From positions 28,064 to 92,063 of the forward strand of contig JAUZRR010000028.1 of the NCBI GenBank assembly GCA_030950285.1: a DNA stretch of 64,000 nucleotides, written 5' to 3'. Positions 10,524 to 19,442 of this stretch are shown here, in pieces. Below the pieces are notes generated by a model that was not told the DNA's origin, ran no database searches, and saw only the letters and a list, made by a program, of their open reading frames with translations. Each line of letters opens with the position of its first letter. Positions within the stretch are counted from its first letter, which is position 1. This stretch comes from Planctomycetota bacterium (GTDB lineage: Bacteria; Planctomycetota; Phycisphaerae; Phycisphaerales; UBA1924). Made by a program: the position numbers and the translations under genes.

Positions 10524-10729
10524 CACACACTCCTTGACCGATATGCCCGGCCGAACTTCTGCCCCTCGAAAGAACCCTTCTCGTCTCGGCCCCGAAAGCG
10601 ACAGCCACGGGGTCGCCCTCGCGACAGGTCAATCCTTGCCCCGTACGGGGGCCGGGTCGACACAAAAATCCCCTCTCCCCCGAACCGGGCAGGAAACCGC
10701 ACTCTTCACGCCAGTATCGCCGGATTGCT

Positions 10730-12781
10730 CTACCGCGGCCCGCCCGAGAACCACAGCAGACGGAGCGAGTTGACCACCACCACCACCGTGCCCCCCTCGT
10801 GGGCGACCACCCCCACCGCCATCGGCACGCGCAACCCGAACAACGAACCGACCACCACGACCAACGCCATGACCACAATCGCACCCCCCGCGAACACAAG
10901 GTTGAACGCGACTGTCCGCCGCGTCGCCCGCGCCAGCCGCAGCGCCCAAGGCAGCCGCGCGAGGTCGTCGCTGAGCAGCACGATGTCAGCCGACTCCAAC
11001 GCCGCGTCCGAACCGATCGAGCCGACCGCCACCGAAACATCCGCCGCCGCCAGCGCGGGAGCGTCGTTGACGCCGTCACCGATCACCGCGACCCGCAGCG
11101 GCGAGCCGTCGCGCCCGGTTGCTTTCAGCGCTCTGACTTCCTCGACCTTCTGCTCGGGCAGGAGCTGGGCGCGGTAGTCGTCGAGCCCCAGCTCTTCGGT
11201 GATGCGCCGGGCGACGATCTCGTCGTCTCCCGTAAGCATCCGCACCGGCCGGATGCCCAGCGCGTGCAACTGGTCGACGAGGGTGTCCGCCCCGTGCCGC
11301 ACCTGGTCGCGCAGCACGAGCACGCCGACGCCCTTGCCCGCGACCGCGATCGCCACGCCCAACTGCCCGGCACCCCGCACCTCGGCGAGCGTTTGTTCGA
11401 GCCAGGTGCGCGCCGCGTCATCGACGATCTCCTCGACAAACGCGAGGTTTCCCACCCGCGCTTCGACGCCGTCGTACCGCCCGACCATCCCGTGCCCGGC
11501 GATCGACCGAACCTCTTCGACCGCTGCCGGTCCGCACGAGCCGTTCTGGTCCGCTGCCTCTGCTTTGCACCCCGCAGACGCCGCTTCAAAGATCGCTTTG
11601 GCGGTCGGATGGGTTGAGTCCCGCTCGAGCCCGGCTGCCACCGCGAGCAGTTCGCCCGCGTCCGCGCCGTCGCCGACCACGATCTCCCGGAACACCGGCC
11701 GCCCGACGGTCAGCGTACCCGTCTTGTCAAAGCACACCGCCTCGGTTCGGCTCAACCGGTCGATCGACTCACCGCCCTTGAACAGCACGCCGGAGCGCGC
11801 CCCCCGGGCGATCGCCGCCAGTGTCGCCGTCGGTGTCGCGATCACCAACGCGCACGGTGACGCCACGATCAGCAGCGTGATCGCGGTGTACGCCGCGCTC
11901 CCCACCGATCGGTGCCCGCCGAGAACCTCCGGCAACACCAGCCACCAGAGCAAAAACACCACCACGCTCAGCGCCAGCACCCCGAACGTATAAGGCTCAC
12001 CCACCCGATCGATCAGCCGCTGCAACGGCTCGCGCTGCTCGCGGGCGTCGGTCACCATCGCCAGCACCCGCTGCACGCTCGACTCGCTCGCCGGCTTGAG
12101 CACCCGCGCGAGCAGCACCCCCTCGCCGTTGATCGTCCCGGCAAAGATCGGATCACCCGCGTCCACCGCCTTGGGCACGCTCTCGCCGGTCAGCGTCGAT
12201 TGATCGACGCTCGACACCCCCTCGATAACCTCCGCATCCACCGGCACCCGATCGCCCGGCCGAACACGGACCGTCTCCCCCACCGCGACATCCTCGGGCC
12301 GAACGTCGATCCACTCCCCGTCGCGCAGCACGATCGCACGGTCGGGCATGATCGCCTTGAGCGCGTTGATCTCCCGCTTGGTCCGCTCCATCGCCAGCTG
12401 TTCGAGCGCCCCGGCAAAGGTGAAAAGCACCAGCAGCAGCGCGCCCTCCTCGGCGTGGCCCGCCGCCGCTGCCCCGATCGCCGCGACAACCATGAGCACG
12501 TCGATATCCACCCGCCGCTCGGCCAGCGCCCCAGCCGCCGCCCGGACGCCATAGACCAGCCCGATCGCCAGACTCGCCCACGCCAACGCCCCTCGGGCAT
12601 CGACACCCGGCAGCCACCCGACGACCAACTCCAGAACCAGGAGCACACCCGCGAGCACCGAAAGCCCCAGCTGGACCTTGGGCTGCCAGAGCACAAACTC
12701 GTCCCGCTCGCGTTCACCCTCGCCCGCCATCGCCGCTGTTGTTGAGCCGTCGTTCATTCGCAGCAAGGTTAGATCGGCCAC
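10730..12781 (-). CDS. P1B-4-type heavy-metal P-type ATPase (Co/Zn/Fe(II)-exporter class)
   Basis: Motifs DKTGTLT, GDGVNDAPAL and TGES are present. The TM metal site is SPC (LIVASPCALVIATP), not CPC, and HEGGT sits in the last TM. There is no N-terminal CxxC/HMA domain. The start codon (GTG 12781, ATG 12757 or ATG 12730) is uncertain. Confidence 0.8.
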   Translation of the reverse strand: MADLTLLRMNDGSTTAAMAGEGERERDEFVLWQPKVQLGLSVLAGVLLVLELVVGWLPGVDARGALAWASLAIGLVYGVRAAAGALAERRVDIDVLMVVAAIGAAAAGHAEEGALLLVLFTFAGALEQLAMERTKREINALKAIMPDRAIVLRDGEWIDVRPEDVAVGETVRVRPGDRVPVDAEVIEGVSSVDQSTLTGESVPKAVDAGDPIFAGTINGEGVLLARVLKPASESSVQRVLAMVTDAREQREPLQRLIDRVGEPYTFGVLALSVVVFLLWWLVLPEVLGGHRSVGSAAYTAITLLIVASPCALVIATPTATLAAIARGARSGVLFKGGESIDRLSRTEAVCFDKTGTLTVGRPVFREIVVGDGADAGELLAVAAGLERDSTHPTAKAIFEAASAGCKAEAADQNGSCGPAAVEEVRSIAGHGMVGRYDGVEARVGNLAFVEEIVDDAARTWLEQTLAEVRGAGQLGVAIAVAGKGVGVLVLRDQVRHGADTLVDQLHALGIRPVRMLTGDDEIVARRITEELGLDDYRAQLLPEQKVEEVRALKATGRDGSPLRVAVIGDGVNDAPALAAADVSVAVGSIGSDAALESADIVLLSDDLARLPWALRLARATRRTVAFNLVFAGGAIVVMALVVVVGSLFGLRVPMAVGVVAHEGGTVVVVVNSLRLLWFSGGPR

Positions 12782-12832
12782 ACCGCGAGCGCGCCCGCAA
12801 TCGCCTGCCGGGTCACATCATGAGACAAAGTC

Positions 12833-13045
12833 TCAGCCCTTGTGCTGCCTCTTGGGCGCAGCATCCCGGGCCTTGCCCTCGGACGCACCCCGGTCCGGGG
12901 CGGGGCCGTCATCATCAAAGAGCATCCGGGCAGCCGGGGTTTCGAGGTCGTCGAGCTGCCCATGTCTGACCGCCCAGATAAAGGCCGCGACGAAAATCCC
13001 CGCGAACAGCAACGCCATCGGTACCACAATATAGATCACCGACAT
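12833..13045 (-). CDS. ccoS: cbb3 oxidase maturation protein CcoS/FixS
   Basis: 70-aa single-TM protein with the pattern [12 protein letters not shown]. It overlaps the 3' end of ccoI by 10 nt. Confidence 0.75.
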   Translation of the reverse strand: MSVIYIVVPMALLFAGIFVAAFIWAVRHGQLDDLETPAARMLFDDDGPAPDRGASEGKARDAAPKRQHKG

Positions 13046-15534
13046 GGCGGACCTCCGAATGTCCTGCCCCGCATCGCAATCACGAGCACCGTCAACCCCG
13101 ACAACGGCATCAGCACCGCGGCGGTCAGCGCGCTGATCATGCCAAAGACCGCAAGCGACGCCCCGACCACGTTGTACGCCAGCGACGCCCCGAGGTTGGT
13201 GTAGATCAGCCGCACCGCCCGCCGCGAGCCCAGGCAGAGCTCGACGATCGGCCCGAGCCCGGCGTGCCGCATATAGACGTCGGCCGCCGCGAGGCTCGCC
13301 TCGGCCCCGCCGCTGACCGCGACCCCGACGCTCGCCCGCGCCAGCGCCGCCGCGTCGTTGACCCCGTCGCCGACCATCACCACCGTCCCCTCAGCCAGCG
13401 CCGCCTCGACCACGCGGACCTTGCCTTCAGGTGAGGTTTCGCCGATCGCGTCCTCGGGATCGATCCCCAGCTGCGCCCCCACCGCCCGAACCACGCCGCC
13501 CTCGTCGCCCGAGACGATCCGCACGCGCCACCCCGCGTCGCGCAGCTGCGCGACCGACGCCCGGGCGTCCTCGCGGACCGCGTCGCCCAATGCCGCGACC
13601 GCGACCGCAACGCCGTCGCGCGCCACAACGATCGGCGTAAGCGCCCGCAACGACGCGCTCGCCACCGCGTCCCGCACCCAGGGCTCGCAAGCCGAGCCGA
13701 GCCGATCGAGCACCCACACCGCCGAACCGATGTCGAACCGGACGCCATCGACCAGCCCCCAGACCCCCTCGCCGAGCGATTGGGTGACATCGGTTGCGAC
13801 ACGCGCCTCGGGACGGCTGCCCGCCGGGATGTCGTCGCTGTGCTCGGTAAGCGCCCCGACCAGCGCGACCGCGATCGGGTGGGACGACCCGGCCTCAACG
13901 GCCGCGACCATCGGCTTGACCGATTCGTCACCGACCCACTCGACAAGCCGGTGCCGACCTTCGGTGATCGTCCCGGTCTTGTCGAGCAGGATGGTCCCGG
14001 GCTTGGCGAGCCGTTCGAGCACCTCGCCCCCTTTGATCATGATCCCCCGCCGGGCCGCCCGACCCACCGCGGCCGTCACGACCAGAGGCGTCGCCAACCC
14101 CAGCGCACACGGGCACGTCACGATCAGAAGCGCCAGCGCGTGCCCGAGCGCTTCGCCCGGATTGATCCGCAGCCAGACCACCAGCGTCAACGCCGCCAGC
14201 CCGAGCACGCACACGACAAACCACCCGGCGATCCGGTCGGCCGCGGAGACAATCGGGGCGCGCCGCAGCGCTGACTCCTCGACGAGTTTCATCAGCCGAC
14301 CGACCCGCGTCTCGGCGCCGGCCGCCTCGACCCGCACCAGCACCCGCCCGACAAGATTCACACTCCCAGCATTCACCCGGTCTCCCACCCCCACCCGTGC
14401 CGGGCGGCTCTCCCCGGTCAGGATCGACTGGTCCACGCTGGTCTCGCCTTCCACGATCTCGCCGTCAGCCGGGAACGATTCCTCAGCCCGCACCTCGACG
14501 ATCGTGCCCGCGCCGATCGCGTCGATCGCGACATCCCGGGTGGTGCCGGCTTCCCACACCCGCGCGCGCATCGGGGTCAGCGAATAGAGCAACTCGACCG
14601 CGTCGGTTGCGACCCGTTGCTGACGGTGCTGGACCCACCGGCCGCAGAGCAGCAAAAAGACGAGCACAGTGATCGAGTCGAAGTAGATCTCGCCGGTGCC
14701 GCGCACCGTGTTCACCATGCTCAACACGAGCCCCACGCTCAGCCCCAGCGCGATCGGCAGGTCGAGATGCCTCGAGCGGGTCCGCAGCGCCGCGATCGCG
14801 CCGCGAAAGAACACCCGCCCGGGCCAGACCACGCTCAGCACCGCCAGCCCCATGCTCGACCAGCGGAAGAGCTGGCGGAACCCTTCCTCGATCCCGCCGA
14901 AGAGCCCGAAGTAGAGCGCGGTCGCCATCAGCATCGCGTTGCCCGCCAGCGCCCCGGCAATCGCAAGGCGGGTCAGGAATCCGCGATCCTCGCGCTGCCT
15001 GGCTGCGCGCGCAGACGCCCCCTTTGCCGCGTGGGGTACATACCCCAGGCGATCCAACGCCCGCGCGATACTGCTGAGTTCAGTTGCCTCGGCGTCCCAC
15101 ACCACCCGCACCATCGACCGGCCCATATCGAGCCGGGTCTCGAGCACGCCACGTTCAAGTTCGGTCAGCTTCTCAACGAGCCACACACACGCGACGCAGT
15201 GGACGCCTTCCAGAAACAGGTCAACCGACCGCGCGTTCCCGCCGAGGTCTTTGCAGTACAGCTCGGTGAATGCCGGATCGTCAAACTCCTCGTACCCGCG
15301 CCCGGTGGTCTTGGCCTGTTGCCCGTCGGCCCCCTGCCGATCGCGCATCTCGTAGTAGCGTTCGAGCCCGCAGCCGTGGATTGCCTCCCACACCGCGCGG
15401 CACGCGCTGCAACAGAACTGCTTATCGGTACCATCCTCGACCAGTCCCAACGGCACCGGCAACGCGCAGTGCGAGCACCACACCCGTGCGGGAGCGCTCG
15501 ACGAACCGGCTGTCATCGCTGTGTTACCGCTCAT
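13036..15534 (-). CDS. ccoI: copper-translocating P-type ATPase CcoI/FixI
   Basis: Motifs [19 protein letters not shown] and [10 protein letters not shown] are present. The N-terminus has Cys clusters CSHCALPV...[16 protein letters not shown] plus an HMA-like GVHCVACV. The start was set to ATG 15534 (MSGNTAM...); the upstream part of the ORF is Arg/Ala-rich junk. Confidence 0.85.
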   Translation of the reverse strand: MSGNTAMTAGSSSAPARVWCSHCALPVPLGLVEDGTDKQFCCSACRAVWEAIHGCGLERYYEMRDRQGADGQQAKTTGRGYEEFDDPAFTELYCKDLGGNARSVDLFLEGVHCVACVWLVEKLTELERGVLETRLDMGRSMVRVVWDAEATELSSIARALDRLGYVPHAAKGASARAARQREDRGFLTRLAIAGALAGNAMLMATALYFGLFGGIEEGFRQLFRWSSMGLAVLSVVWPGRVFFRGAIAALRTRSRHLDLPIALGLSVGLVLSMVNTVRGTGEIYFDSITVLVFLLLCGRWVQHRQQRVATDAVELLYSLTPMRARVWEAGTTRDVAIDAIGAGTIVEVRAEESFPADGEIVEGETSVDQSILTGESRPARVGVGDRVNAGSVNLVGRVLVRVEAAGAETRVGRLMKLVEESALRRAPIVSAADRIAGWFVVCVLGLAALTLVVWLRINPGEALGHALALLIVTCPCALGLATPLVVTAAVGRAARRGIMIKGGEVLERLAKPGTILLDKTGTITEGRHRLVEWVGDESVKPMVAAVEAGSSHPIAVALVGALTEHSDDIPAGSRPEARVATDVTQSLGEGVWGLVDGVRFDIGSAVWVLDRLGSACEPWVRDAVASASLRALTPIVVARDGVAVAVAALGDAVREDARASVAQLRDAGWRVRIVSGDEGGVVRAVGAQLGIDPEDAIGETSPEGKVRVVEAALAEGTVVMVGDGVNDAAALARASVGVAVSGGAEASLAAADVYMRHAGLGPIVELCLGSRRAVRLIYTNLGASLAYNVVGASLAVFGMISALTAAVLMPLSGLTVLVIAMRGRTFGGPPCR

Positions 15535-16537
15535 CGCTGGGACGCTCCCCGGCGGGTGGTTCGTTCTTGTTTGGCAACGTGTGATCGCACCCCGCGTCGC
15601 AACCCGCGCAGGCCTCGCCGCTCGAATCGCAGCTCCCATCGGCCGCGCAGCACGCGCACGGCTGCTCGGCACCACCGGCGCCGAGCATCTCCGGGACCTC
15701 GCCGTCGCCAGCACCCTCACCAGCACCCTCGGTTGGTTCGATCCCGGCTGCGCTCTCGGTGCTGCAACAAGGCATCTCCTCGGCGTCGAGCCCGTCGATA
15801 TTCTCTGCGAGCTGTTCCACGCTCGTTGCCTGAACCCTCGCCGCCACGCCCGCGAGCTCGGCCGGCGTCACCCCGAGCCTTGAAAAGATCGTGAACAACC
15901 CCGCCGAGATAATCAAGAGCGGCAACACCACCGGCAGCCTGGCCGCCAAAGGGCCGCTGATCGCCCGGATCCCCGCGCCCACCGAGATCAACACCGGCAA
16001 CGTCCCAAGCCAGAAGACCAGCATGGTCAGCGCGCCAAAACCGGCGCTGCCCGTCCCGGCGGCGGCGGCGACAAAGGCATACAGCCAGCCGCAGGGCAGC
16101 AGGGTCGTCATCAGGCCGATCACCAGCGCCCGCCGCACCGGAGGCAGCGACATCGCCGCCCGCTGCGCCCCGCGCAGCGCCGACGCCAACACCCGCGGCG
16201 GCCGCGCCGGGGCGATCCGCACACCCAGCGCCCGCAACAAGTGCGAGCCGCCAAAGACAATCAACGTCGCTCCCGCCAGCATCGCCGCGACCCGTGAGAC
16301 CCCGACCATCGACCCCGCCAGGTCCAACGCCCCGCCGATCGCGCCCGCGATCGCCCCGAGCGCGCTGTAGGTCACGAGCCGGCCGAGGTTGTACGCCGCG
16401 TGCAGCCGGGCGCGCTTGCGGGCCGCGTCGGGGTCGTCAATACCGACCGCAAACGCGACAAACGCGCCGCACATCCCCGCGCAATGCAGGCTGCCAAGCA
16501 GGCTCGCCACGAACACGCTGGTGATCAACGGCCACAC
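15524..16537 (-). CDS. DsbD_2/TauE-like membrane protein (COG2836-type) with Cys-rich C-terminal tail
   Basis: TM-embedded Cys motifs GSLHCAGMCGAF and LLPCGWLY, with about 6 TM helices. The soluble tail is MPCCSTES...PCACCAADGSCDSSGEACAGCDAGCDH. It overlaps the ccoI start by 11 nt. Confidence 0.65.
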   Translation of the reverse strand: MWPLITSVFVASLLGSLHCAGMCGAFVAFAVGIDDPDAARKRARLHAAYNLGRLVTYSALGAIAGAIGGALDLAGSMVGVSRVAAMLAGATLIVFGGSHLLRALGVRIAPARPPRVLASALRGAQRAAMSLPPVRRALVIGLMTTLLPCGWLYAFVAAAAGTGSAGFGALTMLVFWLGTLPVLISVGAGIRAISGPLAARLPVVLPLLIISAGLFTIFSRLGVTPAELAGVAARVQATSVEQLAENIDGLDAEEMPCCSTESAAGIEPTEGAGEGAGDGEVPEMLGAGGAEQPCACCAADGSCDSSGEACAGCDAGCDHTLPNKNEPPAGERPSDER

Positions 16538-16540
16538 CGA

Positions 16541-17038
16541 TCAGCCTCCGACCCGCCCGGTCTCGAGCGTTTGTTCATAGGTAAACACCCGGCCCGCAGA
16601 CGCAACACGCATCTGGAACTGCCACAGCCCGCTGCGGTTCAGCAGCGCCGGCGCGGCGTACACCCCGGGTTCCTTGGTCTCGTGAAACCCGAGCGTTTGG
16701 ACTTCTTTGGCTGCCGCAAAATGAAAGTACGTCGCTTCTATTGTCGCACCAACCAGCGGCTCGCCCGCCCCGTCGGTCAGCCGCACGATCATCGCGGGCT
16801 CTTCGCTCTCAGGGATCGCGCCCAACTCGACGTCAACCCGCCACCCCAGCTCGGCGTTGACGCGCTGCTGCTCGACGTGCTCGTCCCACCGCAGCGCCCT
16901 CTCGTGGTAGTTCACCTCGACCGCGAACGACGGATCGCCCACCGCCGCGACCACCGTGATCGTGATCAGCGTTGCGCTCATCCCGAGCAGCCCGATCACG
17001 AACCCCGGCCACACCACATGCGCAGGAATCTTTCTCAT
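16541..17038 (-). CDS. ccoH: FixH/CcoH family protein
   Basis: 165-aa protein with a single N-terminal TM (VWPGFVIGLLGMSATLITITVV) followed by a beta-rich domain. It sits between ccoG and ccoI. Its ATG shares one nucleotide with the ccoG stop (TGATG). Confidence 0.65.
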   Translation of the reverse strand: MRKIPAHVVWPGFVIGLLGMSATLITITVVAAVGDPSFAVEVNYHERALRWDEHVEQQRVNAELGWRVDVELGAIPESEEPAMIVRLTDGAGEPLVGATIEATYFHFAAAKEVQTLGFHETKEPGVYAAPALLNRSGLWQFQMRVASAGRVFTYEQTLETGRVGG

Positions 17039-18570
17039 CAGTCGTCTCCCTCCGGCTCGCCGGTTGTGCCGGTGTTGTCGGTCTTGTGTTCGCTGTCGTC
17101 GGCCCTCTCGTCGGCGCTGTCACCAGCCGCCTCACCCAACCACGCCGGCCCGATCAGGCTGTAACTCACGTTGTGTCCAAACCCGTCGGAACCCTCGACA
17201 CGCACCGTCACGGTCCGCTGCCCGCGCGGGCCGTACTCCTCGGGCGGCACCAGCACGACGACCTCGGCCGACCCGAGCTTGTGCGGCTCGACCACCAGCC
17301 CCTCGTCGATCCCCCGGATCATCGCCCCCGGAAGTTCGACCAACCGGAACGTGTACGTCACCTCGGCGTCCGTCCGGTTGCGCACCCGGATCTTCACCCG
17401 GCTGCCGATGTGCGACGTCTCGCTCTCATCCACGCGGAAGTACGGCATCCCCCCCGCTGCCCGGATAAACGTCACGTCCGCACCATCCTTGGACGCCACC
17501 ACCATCACAAACGCACCCACCAACAGCATCAGGATCAGCGGGTACACGATCACCCGAGACCGCAGCAACCGCGTCCTCTCCCCCTCGATCGCCGCCTGCG
17601 AGCTGTAGCGGATCAACCCGCGCGGCCGCCCGACCTTGTCCATCACCTCGTCGCACGCATCAATGCACTGCGTGCAGTGGATGCACTCCATCTGCAACCC
17701 GTTGCGGATATCAATCCCCGTCGGGCAGGTCGTCACGCACTTGTGGCAATCGATGCAGTCACCCGGTTCCGCGTCTGCGGGATCGGGCGTCTTGCCCTCG
17801 ACCACCTTCAACGAGACATCGCCCTTTGCCTTGCGGCGTTTGTGCCCGCGGGGCTCACCCCGCACCGGGTCATAACTCACAATCAGCGAGTTGCGATCGA
17901 GCAACACCGACTGCAGCCGACCGTAAGGACACGCCACCAGGCACGTCTGCTCCCTGAAAAAGCAGAAGTCGAACATCATCGCCCCGGTCACCCCCACCAT
18001 CACCAGGAACGACACCGGATGGGCAAAGGGCGACCGCGTGATCCACTCCCGCAGCTGTTCCACACCCACGAAGTACGCCAGGAACGTGTGCGCCAGAAAC
18101 ATGCTCACCAGCAGGAACGCCGCGTACTTTGCGGGCTTGCGCCACGCGCCGGTCTTACGTTTCTTCCCCGGCACGCCCTCGAACAGCCGTTCGATCGGCC
18201 GGTAGAGAAACTCCATGTACACCGTCTGCGGGCACGCCCACCCGCACCACACCCGCCCAAACAGCGCGGTCAGCAGAAAGATCGTGACAAAGACACTCAC
18301 CGCGAGCAGCGCCAAGAGCACCGTGTCGGTCGGATAGAACACCGACCCAAACAGCGAGAACTCCCGCACGGTGATATCGAACTGGACCAACGGCCGCCCG
18401 TTGAGTCGCAGGTAAGGAATCAGGCTGAACGCTGTGATCAACCCGTACGCCACCACCCGCCGACGCTTCCAGAACCGGCCGCGGGAGGGTTTGGGTTTGA
18501 TCCACTTGCGCGACCCGTCGGCGTTGAGCGTGGACAGCAGGCTTGATTCGGGCGATTCGACCGTACTCAT
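17038..18570 (-). CDS. ccoG: cytochrome c oxidase accessory protein CcoG/FixG (4Fe-4S membrane ferredoxin)
   Basis: Two ferredoxin Cys clusters are present: CIDCHKCVTTCP and CIHCTQCIDAC. The upstream motif CGWACPQT, N-terminal TM helices and a C-terminal FixG-type Ig-like domain are also present. Confidence 0.85.
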   Translation of the reverse strand: MSTVESPESSLLSTLNADGSRKWIKPKPSRGRFWKRRRVVAYGLITAFSLIPYLRLNGRPLVQFDITVREFSLFGSVFYPTDTVLLALLAVSVFVTIFLLTALFGRVWCGWACPQTVYMEFLYRPIERLFEGVPGKKRKTGAWRKPAKYAAFLLVSMFLAHTFLAYFVGVEQLREWITRSPFAHPVSFLVMVGVTGAMMFDFCFFREQTCLVACPYGRLQSVLLDRNSLIVSYDPVRGEPRGHKRRKAKGDVSLKVVEGKTPDPADAEPGDCIDCHKCVTTCPTGIDIRNGLQMECIHCTQCIDACDEVMDKVGRPRGLIRYSSQAAIEGERTRLLRSRVIVYPLILMLLVGAFVMVVASKDGADVTFIRAAGGMPYFRVDESETSHIGSRVKIRVRNRTDAEVTYTFRLVELPGAMIRGIDEGLVVEPHKLGSAEVVVLVPPEEYGPRGQRTVTVRVEGSDGFGHNVSYSLIGPAWLGEAAGDSADERADDSEHKTDNTGTTGEPEGDD

Positions 18571-18612
18571 CCGTACGCCGCTCCTTCGTGCGTGGACTTG
18601 TTTCCAGACAGG

Positions 18613-19239
18613 TCAGTCGTCGCTGTCGGGCACCGTCCACTCGGGCATCAGCTCGCCCTCCGGGGGGATGCCGTCGGGGGTGTTGGTCCCGCGGAGCGAG
18701 ATCACATACGCCGCCGCCAGGATCGTGTCGTCCTTGCCCATCTGCGCCTCAAACCCCAGCATCGCCGTCCCGGTCACCCCTTGCGAGATGGTGTGAAAGA
18801 CGTCCTCGGGCGTGCGGAGGTTCTTGCCGTAGTCGTCGGTCAGGTTGAGCCCAAGCCCGGGCACCCCCCCGGCGTTGGGCCCATGACAAGCAACACAGCC
18901 CTTGCTGGCAAAGATCGATTTGCCCTTGCCCACCGCGAGTTCGCTGGTCGAGAGCAGCATGAGAGAAGGCCCGTCGGACTTGAGCTCGCCGAGCAGCGCG
19001 AACGACTCGGCCGCCGCACGCTCCTGGGCCCTGGCGAGGCGGGCCTCGGGCCGGAGCTTCTCTTTGGCAGAGCTCAGGTGGAACACCGCCATGTACACCA
19101 CCGAGAACAGAATCGAGCCGAGAAAGATCGCGTGCCACCAACCCGGGATCGGGTTGTCGTACTCGCTGATCCCGTCGTAGGCATGCCCCGTCAGCTGGTT
19201 GGTCCCCGGGGCACCGTCGTTCTTGTCTTGCGTGCTCAT
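18613..19239 (-). CDS. ccoP: cbb3 oxidase subunit CcoP/FixP, short monoheme form
   Basis: FixP N-terminal motif HAYDGISEYDNPIPGWW followed by one TM. There is only one CxxCH (CVACH) with a downstream GTAM. The protein is 208 aa. Confidence 0.7.
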   Translation of the reverse strand: MSTQDKNDGAPGTNQLTGHAYDGISEYDNPIPGWWHAIFLGSILFSVVYMAVFHLSSAKEKLRPEARLARAQERAAAESFALLGELKSDGPSLMLLSTSELAVGKGKSIFASKGCVACHGPNAGGVPGLGLNLTDDYGKNLRTPEDVFHTISQGVTGTAMLGFEAQMGKDDTILAAAYVISLRGTNTPDGIPPEGELMPEWTVPDSDD

Positions 19240-19442
19240 GCGCGGGCACTCCCTTCATCGTGTGCGTCAATGATCGGCGCCTTTCTGTCGTCGTCCAGAG
19301 GCAAGCTTGCCAGATGCCGGACCTGGTTCCGAGGCGTACGCAACGCACGCACCGTCACCGCGATAAACACCACAAAGAAGACGACCAGCCCGACCTTGGG
19401 ATAGATCGACAAGTCGTTCACCGTCAGTGCCAACAACGTCAT
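19236..19442 (-). CDS. ccoQ: CcoQ/FixQ-like small subunit
   Basis: 68-aa protein with a single TM (VGLVVFFVVFIAVTV). It has ATGA overlaps with both ccoNO and ccoP, and sits in the canonical position. Confidence 0.55.
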   Translation of the reverse strand: MTLLALTVNDLSIYPKVGLVVFFVVFIAVTVRALRTPRNQVRHLASLPLDDDRKAPIIDAHDEGSARA

